This document shows positions 1-11,951 of a stretch of 64,000 nt of DNA, one piece after another. The translations under genes and the position numbers were made by a program. The notes under the pieces are model-generated. The model was not told the DNA's origin. It made no database searches and saw nothing but the letters and a program-made list of their open reading frames with translations. The DNA is from Zancudomyces culisetae HAW-14-8. Its lineage: Eukaryota > Fungi > Kickxellomycota. The stretch lies in the NCBI GenBank assembly GCA_052426225.1, contig JBNJNM010000012.1, positions 1,240,001 to 1,304,000 on the forward strand. The letters are read 5' to 3'. The stretch's first letter is position 1. Each line of letters begins with the position of its first letter.

Positions 1-46
1 GGAAAATCAAAATCAGTGGGGCGAAATCGAGCCCTCGATCTCGGCA

Positions 47-1243
47 ATGTCTACCTTTAACCCAATCAGGGAGTTACTGAGCACCTCTCAGGAGAAACAG
101 CCCGGCCAAAAAAGCGAACAGACTTTGATTAATCTTTCCTTGGGAGATCCTACGTTATATGGGAATCTCAAGATAAATAAGCAGGGTGTGGATGCCGTGG
201 ATGAGGCTCTAAAGAGCTTTGAGTGTAACGGGTATTTACCAGGTATGGGAAAATTAGAAGCGAGGCAAGCGATAGCCCAGTCCTATAGTAATGAAGAGCA
301 TGTTGTGGATCCATCCAATGTGGTCCTGGCAAGTGGCTGCTCTGGTGCATTGCTACTGTGTATCACGTCCTTACTGAACCCAGGCGATAATATACTCATC
401 CCGAAGCCTGGATTTTCGCTATATAAGACTATAGCATCATCCTATGGCATAGAATACAAGACCTACAATTTATTGCCAGAAAAACAATGGGAAATAAATC
501 TTGAGGAGCTGGAGTCGCTTGTAGATGCAAAGACAAAGGCAATATTGGTTAATAATCCATCGAACCCATGTGGGAGTAACTATAGTAAAAAACATTTGCT
601 AGAAATCATAGCATTTTGTGAAAAACATAGACTTCCTATAATTGCGGATGAAATATACAGAGATATTGTATTTTCTGGAGAGGAGTTTTATCCATTTTAT
701 AGTCTGACTAATTCCGTACCTGTCTTAACAACTGGTGGCCTTGCAAAGCAGTTTTTGGTTCCTGGATGGAGACTGGGGTGGGTAGTTGTACACGATCCGC
801 TTGGTAACTTTGAAAAAGTCAAAAGGGGATTGATGGCCTTGTCTAACCTTATACTGGGACCCAACTCACTAATCCAGGGCGCTATACCGAAAATTCTAAA
901 CCCCACCTCAGATAACACAAACTTCAAGGCCCATCTTAACTTGGTACTCGAGAAAAATGCTAAAGTTTGTGAAGATGCGCTATCATCTGTTGAAGGCCTC
1001 ACTGTTGTTAAGCCACAAGGCGCCATGTATTGCATGGTTGTAATTAATACTTGCAACTTCAAGGATATTAGGAATGGATATGATTTTTACCATGCGCTTA
1101 AATGGGAAGAAAACGTGGAAATTCTACCTGGTGAGGTCTTTGACTTTCCAAACAGCTTTAGAATAGTACTTGCTCCTCCTGAAGATGTAATGCTTGAGGC
1201 TGCGCACAGAATTAAGCGTTTCTGTGAACGACACAGGGCTTGA
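47..1243 (+). CDS. TAT: Tyrosine aminotransferase-family PLP-dependent aminotransferase (class I/II), paralog 1
   Basis: 398 aa intronless ORF with TAT motifs LSLGDPTLYGN, NGYLP..G..EAR, NNPSNPCGS, ADEIY and the PLP lysine motif GGLAKQFLVPGWRLGW. Confidence 0.88.
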   Translation: MSTFNPIRELLSTSQEKQPGQKSEQTLINLSLGDPTLYGNLKINKQGVDAVDEALKSFECNGYLPGMGKLEARQAIAQSYSNEEHVVDPSNVVLASGCSGALLLCITSLLNPGDNILIPKPGFSLYKTIASSYGIEYKTYNLLPEKQWEINLEELESLVDAKTKAILVNNPSNPCGSNYSKKHLLEIIAFCEKHRLPIIADEIYRDIVFSGEEFYPFYSLTNSVPVLTTGGLAKQFLVPGWRLGWVVVHDPLGNFEKVKRGLMALSNLILGPNSLIQGAIPKILNPTSDNTNFKAHLNLVLEKNAKVCEDALSSVEGLTVVKPQGAMYCMVVINTCNFKDIRNGYDFYHALKWEENVEILPGEVFDFPNSFRIVLAPPEDVMLEAAHRIKRFCERHRA

Positions 1244-1847
1244 TCATAATAATACCAATATATTTTTGTACCCTAAATCTAAATTGCATCTGCCTTTTTA
1301 CACCTCTAGGGAGTTGATGTTTTTCTTTTTATTAAATACTTAGTGTTCCTTAAAGGAGTTGCAAAATATACTAATGGATCAACAGCCACATGAAATTAAA
1401 CATGTTAATATAGGTGAACGTCAGCTCGAACTGGTCATCTGGAGGTTTCATACAAACAGTGCAGCGTTTATTTACTAATGCTTTATTTTTTAATCTAGTT
1501 GTTTATAACAGGAAAAAAATTGAAACCATTTTCTGGTGCACACATTATGCTATCTTGATTACTTCACACAACAACTATCAGATATTGCAAATTATTAGAT
1601 GGATTTACTAAATAAATATCCATAAAACTACAAAAAATATTGTGAAGATCAGCTATTCGTTTTCTTTCCCTTAACAGATTTTATGAGTGCATATAAATTG
1701 TAATATTTAACCATACTTAAATAAAAAATAAGTTCACCTGTGTTGCAAACTTGGGCAAGCCATGGTATGTGTATAAAAAACATTTTGATTAGAGTATGTG
1801 TGCATCTGTTGCCATTACCAGAAGGAAGAGGGGTGGGGGTGAATGGG

Positions 1848-2326
1848 AACCACTAGTTCCTACCCAGACAGGTGTAGCTGTCTCTCCAACGTCACCACCC
1901 TATCAAAGAATAATAGGTAATGTATATATTTATCCAGGGAACGATACCGAGCCAAACACCGTTGCACCAGCATTAATTCAATTGGCATTTATCAACACTA
2001 TCCCAGGGCAAAGATATAGATATGTAACATAAGAAAAGCTTCTTCCAGACCTGACAAAGTGTCAGGGATATGGAAATCCATTTAATCCACCAAACGCACC
2101 AAAAGTTAGCACTAATGCATGTATAGATAACTATGTGCCTGGGTGCCCTGAATCTTATACAACGGGGTTGAGCGGTTACTTTACGACATCTTCAACCCAA
2201 TTTGGATCAGTTGATACGCTGAATGGGTTTACATCATATAACGATTTTACAGATATAGCTGAAAAGACGCTTATTGTGTACGATAGCGCAAACCACATAG
2301 TTTATTGTGAGGGGTTGATTATTTAG
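1848..2326 (+). pseudogene. Headless copy of the secreted SOD5-like gene at 27241-27873 (no promoter, signal or propeptide; premature stop)
   Basis: Near-identical to 27392-27870. TAC(Tyr) is changed to TAA at 2030-2032. Upstream sequence is unrelated to the leader of the intact copies. Confidence 0.85.
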
Positions 2327-2805
2327 CATATCGAGTTTTAAACTCTCGAAATATTTTTAAATCAAAAATTTACATTGAAATTATCAGCCTTGTCATGTGG
2401 TACTTATTACCAGGAAGTAAGATGTAGTGCAGATGGCACAAACGGCTTTCATTAGTAGTTAATCAGATCTTGCCAAGAAAAGAGAAGTGAAATTAATGCA
2501 TTAAGTTGGTTTATTTATGCCAGTAAGGCATAATTATTACATTTTTTAATCAACAGATTTGTGCTTAAAAGAGCGGGAATGCATCGGAAAGCGTTTAGTT
2601 TGTGCATAAAATTGATTCATCTGGGTACGGAAAGCATAAAAATATGCTGTTAATGTTGCTCGTCAATTTCAAATAAAACGGTACGGGCGTTACATTTGAG
2701 GTGTATTCTAGTTTTTTCAGTTGCTAAATCTAAATTTGAAGACAAATCATGCATTAGACCTTCAACCACATCAGTTAAGTGTTGAATATTCGCATTATAG
2801 TCTTT

Positions 2806-3869
2806 GTTTCGGCAAAAAAAAAAAGCACCCACCATTACCGCAAAGGTGCCACACTACCACAGTTAGACAAAATCATTGGCGGTTCTTTTTTCCACTCTTT
2901 CGCAGCATTCAAAAACCAGAGTTCTTGCTTGCAAAACCTCCAGCTTTTCATTCGCGTTCTATCTTTTGCATGACGGCCCAGAAATTTGGGCCTTGGACAT
3001 TTTAATTTTAACTTGCTTTTTTCCGAGAACGAGGAATACACGCTTATCTAATTGCTTGATGTGGCTTTTTGATGCTTTATACAGTGTATTTGCTCGATAC
3101 CATTTTTAAAATAACACAATATCATTACTTTTCCATGCTTAGATAGTACACTCGTTTTGAAACACAAATAAAAAACCACCGCTATGTGGATGCTTTGTCA
3201 TTCTAAAGCAACCATTATGCTTGATTGGTATTGCCTCTTTTTAACAGGTTAAGTGTGTGTAAAATTCATTTTTGAGAAAAGACTGCAACATTGGACAAAA
3301 ATGTAAGGGCACACAGCAAAACTACTTGCAGAGATACGAGCATAAATTAAAATGTTTTCAGAAGCTGTGGCTAGTAGCAAATATGTAAATGTGTTTATTT
3401 TTGTGTATATATGTGTATATACGTATGATTATGTGTGTGTATGTGTGTGTATGCAATTTGTATCATTTATGGCGCACTTCTTGGTGTTAATCCAGAGATA
3501 AGCTTGTTACATATGATACAGAACAAATATATATAAACTAAAGGAAAATATGATGCAGAGGATTCTAGAAACAATTAAAATATTTTCAATCCATACTTTT
3601 CTAATACAAGATAGCGTGCTTCAAAGTATTTAGGCAAACATTATAGTGTATAATTAAATAAGTTACAAATCTCGGACTGGATTTATATACCATCAACCAC
3701 TACTAATAGTTACAAACATTTGCAATCACAAACAAAAAAATGTACAAACATATATTAAACACACTGGCAGTTCTTGGCAGCTTGGCAGTTATTGGTGCTT
3801 CAAATGCAGGGTACGATCTCCTTGATCGTCAGAAACAAGTGCTTCATAAGAGACAGAATGCTCAGTCTG
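2806..3869 (+). repeat. 1064 bp direct repeat, copy 1: upstream region plus signal peptide/propeptide of the SOD5-like gene
   Basis: Matches 26307-27370 with only one mismatch seen (3717 C vs 27218 A). Identity ends at GCTCAGTCTG, just after the codons for the KR dibasic site. Confidence 0.95.
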
Positions 3870-4369
3870 TAGCCGCTATATTAAAACAGCCACTAGTTTC
3901 TACCCAGACAGGTGTAGCTGTTGCACCAACATCACCACCTTACCAAAGAATAGTTGGCGATGTATTCATATACCCAGGAGACAATAGTGTTCCATCAAAG
4001 GCATCTCCAGCGTTAATTCAATTGGCATTTATAAATACTGTTGCAGGGCAAAGGTATAGATATGTAACATACGAAAAGCTTCTTCCAGACCTGACAAAGT
4101 GTCAGGGATATGGAAATCCATTTAATCCACCAAACGTACCCAAGACCACTACAGATGCATGTATAACTAACTACAAGTCTGGATGCCCTGTATCTTATAC
4201 AACGGGATTGACTGGCTATTTCACTCCATCATCAACATTGTTTGGTTCTCTTGAAATATTGAATGGGTTTGCATCATACAAAGACTTTACAAATATAGCC
4301 GACAAAACATTTATTGTATATGATAGCGCAAACCGTATAGTTTATTGTGCAGGGCTGATCATAGTATAA
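3740..4369 (+). CDS. Secreted SOD5-like (Cu/Zn-SOD fold) protein lacking metal-binding histidines, variant A
   Basis: Hydrophobic signal peptide, propeptide ending LHKR (Kex2-type), four spaced Cys. Motifs YVTYEKLLP / CQGYGNPFNP / CPVSYTTGLTG / KTFIVYD..RIVYCA align by eye with Cu-only SOD motifs. The CDS is confident; the fold is inferred. Confidence 0.75.
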   Translation: MYKHILNTLAVLGSLAVIGASNAGYDLLDRQKQVLHKRQNAQSVAAILKQPLVSTQTGVAVAPTSPPYQRIVGDVFIYPGDNSVPSKASPALIQLAFINTVAGQRYRYVTYEKLLPDLTKCQGYGNPFNPPNVPKTTTDACITNYKSGCPVSYTTGLTGYFTPSSTLFGSLEILNGFASYKDFTNIADKTFIVYDSANRIVYCAGLIIV

Positions 4370-4533
4370 ATCAAACGCAAAACGTTTTCCCACTTTTTTT
4401 GAGGTCTTATACAGCTCCTGATGTATTTACTTTGCTGTCTTTTAACCAAGTATAAGTTGTTAACCTAATAAAATTAAATTTTACCAAATATAGCATTCGC
4501 TCTTTTGCTGCTTTTTGTTGCACATTTTTTCCG

Positions 4534-4581
4534 TGTACATATTTTTTGTGCACATACTTTCTGTGCACATACTTTCTGTGC
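4534..4581. repeat. Short tandem repeat (~15 bp unit TGTGCACATACTTTC, about 3 copies)
   Basis: Visible repeated GTG(T/C)ACATA(T/C)TTT(T/C)T units. Confidence 0.6.
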
Positions 4582-6466
4582 TAACCTAAACATTCACATT
4601 CATTTCAAGTGTCATTGAAAATTGGAAAGCTTTTGTTGCCGCAATTACAGCCTTGTCCAAGAGCACTGTATCAACATTGAACGCATTTGCTTGAGTAAAA
4701 CAGTATATTAATTATATGGTTGCGCATTTGGTTGATTTTGTTCATCTTTAATTCAATCCTGCAAAATCACCAGAGAGTAGCTCAACTAATTACTTCTATG
4801 TACTCCTTGTTTTCTCCCCCTCCCACTTATTCTTTATTCTCTTGCTCCCTGGATTAGCTAACTCAAACCCATGTTTCTATTTTGACTTCACTCCGGCCGG
4901 TTTTATTAAACTAATTTTTTCGGCCGTTCTTGTTCATCCTGGGATCCTTTTTATAGGTTATTGTAAAGTCCCCAACGTAGAAATCGAAGGGCTTTTTAGC
5001 GCTGACTATCTATAAACTTCTGGATTTAACAAAATTCAGGTTGTTTTTCAAAAGCACTCCAAAACAATATTTTACTTTAAAGTCCAATTAACTTTAATAA
5101 TAGTTTGAAGGATTGTGATAATTATGCCTAATTACGAATTCTCTTAAAAAGGTATAATAAATCCTAGTTTGTTAAAAATATAGATACATTCAGTTAGCTA
5201 TAGCAAATAACAAAAGTTGATAATGTGATACACCGAGATAATAAATGTAACATCGTAGCAAAAAAATGTAATGATTTCAAGTTCTTTTATCTGACTTAAC
5301 CTTAGATTAAAGATGGGAACTTTTGAAAACAGAAAAAAATTTTAACCACTATTGTTGCTGCGTTCATCACTTTTGCAATTGAAGGTGCACAAATGCCCTA
5401 TTTGTGATCACTACAAGTGTTAAAATCTGAGTTCTGAGAATTATTTTTCAGTAAATATACTGCCGTTTACGTAATTAGCAATTTTCTAGTTCTGTTCTAG
5501 GAATTATTTTTCATTCATGCTACAAACCGAAAGTCTTGATTAGGAGAACAAATAGCAGCAATCAGAGGGATGGGTAAGTTTCAGTTTGAGTAAGTTGATA
5601 TTTCTTTGCTGAAATTAAAGTTGAGGTTTAATCAGAATTTATAAAAGGGTTGCCATGCTTTGTCATTTTTATCCCTAATTTGCTTATTGACTATTTACTT
5701 CCGCGTCAAATTGCTTTATTGTCGATGTTTTGTTTATTTAAAACTCCGACAATTTGCTTTTTTTCCTAGTTTGATATACAAAACAAGCAACTATCAATAG
5801 AATTGGCTGAAAAAGTTAATTACGTTTAATACAAAACAGACAATTCCTTGCGCATTAATATCAATACAATATTTACTATTTACTGATTTGTATTTTTTTG
5901 AATGTTTTGGTAAAAACCTTGACCCCAGCTATAGTCGAACTTTTAGTAAACATTGAACTTTTGCATTATTGTATAGTTAAATCGAAAAAGTAGTATGGCG
6001 TATTATATTACCAATCCTAATGAATAATGGGATAAAGTTGATTAAGCATACAGTCGGAGTTAAGTGAAATAGAGTGCAAAATTTAGATAGTAAATCGATG
6101 AAATGGGAGAAGCATCTAGTTGCCTTCTTTTAAATGCGTCGATTTTTTTTGGCTGACTTTTTCCTTTCTCCAGCTATGTTTAAATTAATTAAAACTGATT
6201 TGGTATTTAAAAAATCCAAACTAAATATCCTCTCCCAGCTGTCGCAAAAGAAAAAAAAAATCACTTAAAACATATGTGAGGTGCTAATGTCTTGACCTTT
6301 TTATGATAAAGGCAAGAATCGTCCTATTCAAACAAACTTAGCCATCGGAGGTATCGCCGTAAAAGTAAAAAGAAAAAACCAATATACAAGTACAACACAA
6401 CGACCACTGTTGTACGGCACCACACTTGGTCATATACTATAGTGTAGTATAAACGGTTTAGCATTT

Positions 6467-9157
6467 ATGGACAAGGTAGCTGGGTCGCAGGATGATAGAC
6501 ATCTCCATCAAGTAAAAAAGAGGAAGCGGAGCATTGTAATACCAGGGACCAGTAAGTTTCGTGTAGTATTGAGACAAAAAGAGACCAACTCGGATCATAC
6601 CAGACTTATTGGCGACAGACTGTACCAAGGTAACAAAGACAATAGTTGTATGGTACAGAACACTCTTAGCTATGGAGGCTCGACATTTAGGAATACATTT
6701 CAGGAAGAAGAACATTGTGGAGCCTCCAAACAAAAAGAAAGGACAACACCATTCTACAATTCATACGAAAGAATAGACCAAAGCGAAAATCAACCAACTT
6801 TTCGAAAAAATCCAAAGATCGAGATACCAAAAACCTGTGCAACGATAGAAAGTACTGTAAAAGTTGCATCAAAAAGCGTTTACAACACTGGAAACGTAGT
6901 TCACCCGTATAAAAGGAAACATTTTGAAGACACGGGGGCATATTATCCAGTGAATTGCAGCGAATTGGCGATGCAAGATGCGTTTGGCAATTTTGCTCAA
7001 GTAGACTCAGAAATTGAGAGCAAAAAAAAACTTAAAGCAAATACAAAATCATATATTCCTGGGACAAGCAAGTTTCGGATCAATTTGACTGGATTGAACT
7101 CAAATAAAACTAAGCATACAGTGATGGATAATAAAGGTAAGAGCGATTTTGAACCTGTTGATATATGGAGAGGTGGTGTTACCTCACTGCAAAGTGTCAA
7201 AACGTGCAGCATGTGTTTAAAGCGCAACAGTCATGCCGGAGGCTGTTGTGAGCATGAATATGAAAATGTATTCTTTTGCGAAATTGAGTATAAAGGCAAG
7301 AGATTGGGTCGGTATGACAGCAACACCGGCTTTGGTACCGATAAGTACGTGCAGTTTGTGTCAAGTGTTTTAGAGCATATTGAATTTGGGTGTCCTGACT
7401 TGATGTCTCCTGTAAAAACACCAATTCTAAAGGCAAATGTTGAGCGAGGGCAAATATCGCTACATATTTTGTACGCATTGGTGATAGTGGGGTCGGTGCT
7501 GACTAGCAACATCAAAGCACTAAGTTCGATAAACAAATCAATAGTTGAAAAAATAGCAGAGTACTTATCGCAGTACCTGGATAAAAGTGTCTTTAAACAA
7601 AAAATAAGTCATATCTGGTGCAGAGCGGCCTTAAGCATGTACTATAAGTACTGTGGGGATATAAAGAGGAGTTTTGCGAGTATAGAAGCCGCAATGGAGC
7701 TGTCTCTTCTTTTGAAATTGGATAGTGTCGATAAAATTCGAGATACTGGTATGAGCCTAGCCCATGTTAGTCCTATAGTTCTCGAATTCAAACGGAGGAT
7801 TTGGTGGATGGTATTTCTAAACTACAGGCATATTCCTGCTAACATATCTTTGTGTTGTAGAAAAGTTGATGAAGCGGTAGTAGAACCTCCATGTGATGAT
7901 TACGAGTGGGTGTATTCTATTAAATACCCAATACACACCAAAACACTATACAACTACAACGCACATGAAAAACAAGCGCGTTCTGTTGTTTACTTTGGCT
8001 TATTTTTTAAAAAGTGCCAACTAACAATGCTGCAAAGTAATATTCATCTCTTCGTTAGTAGGCGCAAAATGTCTGTACAAAACAATTTTCTCGACGACTA
8101 TTTCGGATTTAATCGACTGATAGACCAGGCTCAAAATTACCTTTGCGAGTTACATACCTTTGCGAACCAAAATCTGGATAATATCTTGATCTATGGATCA
8201 TCGAACCTTCTGCATGCAAATTCCAATGAAGTTAAAAAAATGGTTGTTAAACTGTGGTGTTTACACATCAGCAGTATGGAAGCACTGCTGACCTTGAATC
8301 TTTCAGAAGTAGCACATTACAAACAATACGCCATACGACCTCTTCAGGTAGTAACGGCAAAAACTTCGTGTGTTGATCTGTCATTAAAGCTTGTGGAGTT
8401 TTATAGGTGGGGATGGGACAATATTCCGATTGAATATTGGGATACTGATATGCTAAGCTCGCTGTTAAAAGTTGGCGTAGTATTCGCAAATTCGGTGCGG
8501 ATTTCAGACCATCCAATGATTCTCAGACTTAATTCAGGATTTTCAATAGTGCTACAGATACTATCCAAGCTTGAGCTGCTCTTTCCTTGTATTAGTGGCA
8601 ATTTAAGTGTCTTGAAGAACATTTCTAGTTTGCAACCTCAAGTTTATACATCCACTATCGACAGTAAAAGCACAAACAGCCCACATCCGCAGTTAATCTC
8701 TAGTATTTCGATTACAAAGTTGGATGTTTATCCATGGGTTTTGCCTAAAGGGCATGTAACCACAAACAACTTTTATACTTTTTTCTCTCATCACAACGGA
8801 GAATGTGAAGAGGGTGACACGCCAATGATACCCAGTCGGAGTATAGAAGTCTCGGCTATTCTCGGGGATAATTCACCAAATGAAAAACCTTTATCCGATT
8901 TTAGCGGTATTGGCTTAGAAAAATATTGCACAAAAAAATATAATACCAACTCCCAAAGCATAAAGGCACACAACAGTACGCCTATGCATGCTGTACCATT
9001 GCGTTCCGGTCGGGTTAGCGATGGTGCATCTGCTTTCTTCACCAAGCATTTAAATGAACTTGATAGTTCCTTTATGGTGCTGAAATTTACCAATCTGAAC
9101 CTGAATGATGTTATACCTTCGTTCAAGCAGCTGATAAATGGATATTTTGACCCTTAA
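6467..9157 (+). CDS. Fungal-specific transcription factor domain protein (Fungal_trans/MHR) with a degenerate Cys cluster
   Basis: 896 aa ORF with the MHR signature 'AMELSLLLKLD...LEFKRRIWWMVFL...PPCDDYEW', basic NLS-like runs, and CxxC...CC at about aa 247-261. Confidence 0.7.
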   Translation: MDKVAGSQDDRHLHQVKKRKRSIVIPGTSKFRVVLRQKETNSDHTRLIGDRLYQGNKDNSCMVQNTLSYGGSTFRNTFQEEEHCGASKQKERTTPFYNSYERIDQSENQPTFRKNPKIEIPKTCATIESTVKVASKSVYNTGNVVHPYKRKHFEDTGAYYPVNCSELAMQDAFGNFAQVDSEIESKKKLKANTKSYIPGTSKFRINLTGLNSNKTKHTVMDNKGKSDFEPVDIWRGGVTSLQSVKTCSMCLKRNSHAGGCCEHEYENVFFCEIEYKGKRLGRYDSNTGFGTDKYVQFVSSVLEHIEFGCPDLMSPVKTPILKANVERGQISLHILYALVIVGSVLTSNIKALSSINKSIVEKIAEYLSQYLDKSVFKQKISHIWCRAALSMYYKYCGDIKRSFASIEAAMELSLLLKLDSVDKIRDTGMSLAHVSPIVLEFKRRIWWMVFLNYRHIPANISLCCRKVDEAVVEPPCDDYEWVYSIKYPIHTKTLYNYNAHEKQARSVVYFGLFFKKCQLTMLQSNIHLFVSRRKMSVQNNFLDDYFGFNRLIDQAQNYLCELHTFANQNLDNILIYGSSNLLHANSNEVKKMVVKLWCLHISSMEALLTLNLSEVAHYKQYAIRPLQVVTAKTSCVDLSLKLVEFYRWGWDNIPIEYWDTDMLSSLLKVGVVFANSVRISDHPMILRLNSGFSIVLQILSKLELLFPCISGNLSVLKNISSLQPQVYTSTIDSKSTNSPHPQLISSISITKLDVYPWVLPKGHVTTNNFYTFFSHHNGECEEGDTPMIPSRSIEVSAILGDNSPNEKPLSDFSGIGLEKYCTKKYNTNSQSIKAHNSTPMHAVPLRSGRVSDGASAFFTKHLNELDSSFMVLKFTNLNLNDVIPSFKQLINGYFDP

Positions 9158-10469
9158 TCCATTTCCTTTTTATCTAAGTATTTTTTTTAAAAGCGATAAA
9201 AACCGTTGTTTCCGGTTCATTTTAGTTCGTTTTATAATTAGTACTTAGATTTAGCTAACGGTGCCTATCTAAAAAAAAAGCTTGTGGTTAGTATAACCCC
9301 CCTGGAATCTAAATAAACGATCAACTAACAAAGTATAGTTGAAAAACAGGAAAGATTGGGACATCCACAGAGTTTCCAGGGTGATATTACATCAAGAAAG
9401 CAGCGCCTCATAGCGAATTTAAGCACTCATCGCGCTATGTTTGAATATATGGTAGGGCGACAGAGAAACACGCACAAAAAACGCTAAAGAGATACCACTT
9501 TTCAGTAGAGATGCGATTTTTTTTTGTTCTAATTTTGCGCTTTTCATTGAGTATTACTCAAAAATAGAATAAAGCGAAAGCAAATGTAAGTACCAATTCA
9601 TTCATCGTATACTTTGAGATTTGCAACCTTTCTCCGGTCTATAAGCTGGAATTTCTTTTTTGAAAAGAGATTTTGCCTTTACACTCCATCCATCCTCCCT
9701 CCCCCCCTCCTCTCCCCGCATTTTGAGCTACCCGAACTATTAGCACCTTCAATTTTATACCAGTTTGCGATCGGTTTTGTGACAAGTAAATTCCTAGACC
9801 ACAGAATCCTGCTGATTTGAAAGGATCTAGATCTGTGAGTGGGGTAAAAGCCACTAATGTTTTTTATTTAGTTTATTTTATTCTGACGAACAGGGTACTT
9901 TAGCCTAAAATTTTTGATTCCAGTTATAGTAAAAATTGAAAAATCACCCTATAAAACAAGAGCTACCACAATAACCACACTCCCCCCCTCTCTACTCCCC
10001 CTCTCTTATATTTAATCCACCCCGATCTGAATTTTTCTCGATATTGTGTTGAGAGGATTACCAGGTTGGTTTAGTCTAGACGGAGAGCTATGCCAGTAGG
10101 TATTTGGAACTGCGATGGTATTATTGATGATAATATATATTTTCATAAATTAGTTTAATTAACATGTTGGTGATGAGGGGTTGTATGAGGGGAAAGTGGT
10201 AGATAAAAGAGAAATGCGCCTGTATATGTATTAACGAGTAATTCATATGAAATACATATCAAGTCCAAACGAGTACTATTTTTTATATAAATAGCACCAA
10301 ATATCAATGTTATTCACCTTACTTCGTTAAGAACTCTTATTGTGTATATTCATTACTGTATATACATTTAATACTTATCTAGTGGTAAAAAAACTAATAT
10401 TCTTCAAAGCAAAAGTTGTTCAAACCCAATAGGAAAAACAAAACTATAAATATAACTAAGGGGAAAAAA

Positions 10470-11378
10470 ATGCCAGCCATAAATTTGAACAGATCTGATA
10501 ACCGTGACAACCAAAAGGCCGTGCCATCCACTCCACAGCTCAATGAAAACAGATCCCGTCCCAGTACTGCAGACACCAAAGCAGAAAAACCCACCAAAAA
10601 CAGAATATGCCACCGTGGAAAGCGTAGAAATCAAAATCGCAGAGCAAGAATAGAGGAACTCAAGAGAATGCATGCACAAGTAGCTGCAGAGGTACCCCAT
10701 AATGCTGGTAGAGATACTGTTGTGGAGTACTCGAGTGAAAATTCTCGTAGCTATCCATTGGTAAACGCACAAAACAACGCTATAACGCCCGGGCAGAAGT
10801 GCGAGAAGGGAAAATTGTGTGTTGTAAAGGACCACCAAGTAGCACACGGCCATCCTCAGCCAATGCAAATGGTATATACCCCCAACGTCGCACCCATCCC
10901 ACGGGAATATACAGCAGATCGCAAGAAAAGCAGGTTTACCTACCCAAGAGCTGAACCTCAACGGGGAGACATGGTACCTAGAGCTCCTTTTATTGTGGTT
11001 ATCAACCATCGACCTCTCGTTCCACAGGCGCAAAGAGCCCAGCCAAATCCACAGTTTTCCTCTATTAGAAACCTTGTCGGAATCGGCGGAGGTATGGGCG
11101 CAACTCCTCAGAATTACAATATGGGAGGTGCAAACGACCCTCTACAGACAGGTAGTGTTGCCTTTAACGATTCGTTCATCAAGAACAATCCACTTGTAGT
11201 TATTGGATTTTTCATCTCCATTCTACTAGCCTTCATTATTTACCACTTTAAACAGCTTTCGTCCAACGAAAGTGGAAATGGTAAAAAACAAAGATCATAT
11301 ATCTATGATGTGGCTGGACAATCGCCCAAAAATAGCCCCAGTCTTTTTGTATCTACCGAGGAAAGGCTCCTCCCTTGA
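10470..11378 (+). CDS. Hypothetical protein, largely disordered, with one C-terminal transmembrane helix
   Basis: Long ORF from the ATG at 10470 (MPAINLN) with a TATAAA element upstream and a hydrophobic segment PLVVIGFFISILLAFIIYHF. Confidence 0.6.
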   Translation: MPAINLNRSDNRDNQKAVPSTPQLNENRSRPSTADTKAEKPTKNRICHRGKRRNQNRRARIEELKRMHAQVAAEVPHNAGRDTVVEYSSENSRSYPLVNAQNNAITPGQKCEKGKLCVVKDHQVAHGHPQPMQMVYTPNVAPIPREYTADRKKSRFTYPRAEPQRGDMVPRAPFIVVINHRPLVPQAQRAQPNPQFSSIRNLVGIGGGMGATPQNYNMGGANDPLQTGSVAFNDSFIKNNPLVVIGFFISILLAFIIYHFKQLSSNESGNGKKQRSYIYDVAGQSPKNSPSLFVSTEERLLP

Positions 11379-11951
11379 TTGTAAATGTCTGGCTACTATT
11401 AGTGCTTTTATATAAATATACTTGTAGTTTTTTTTTGTGTATCTATTTAACGTTTTGAGTATAGAGTAAGTTTGGTAATGTGTTTATAATAAATTAATAT
11501 CTATTTGACTTTGAGGGCATGTAAATTTGAGGTGGAAAATGGTTCTTGAAGATGTAGGTGTGAGTATAGACTGTATTGTATAGTACTACCATTGTACCTA
11601 TGTTGCAAAGGGGTGTACCAAAAAGCCATACTTGAGTTTAAATAGTACAAGGGTGGGGAGAGAGAAGTCAAAAAACTGTTCAAATTGAATATCTCAAATC
11701 TTATTTAAAAAATACACCAAACATGTATTCTAGGTTAAACTATCAATTATATTAAAATAATAGCAGTGTTTATTTACCAAGAAATGTGCAAAGGGTAGTA
11801 ATAATACGGATGTAAAAGTGGAAGCAGCGGCAAAAACACCGCCATCCAAACCGAGCGAAACAACATGATGTTGTGATAGCTGGTTTATTAAAGTGAAAAG
11901 ACACAGATAATCCAGCAAATTGAAAAAATGGTCTGGTGTCTTGAAATATAA

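Noticed and set aside
2650-3109. Short ORFs duplicated at 26336-26610
   Set aside because: They are identical only because they lie in the 1064 bp duplicated upstream region; no motifs or coding signal.
10404-11033. 209 aa minus-strand ORF (similarly 24843-25466, 31161-31625, 14004-14369, 8791-9126)
   Set aside because: Antisense or alternate-frame shadows of better-supported genes.
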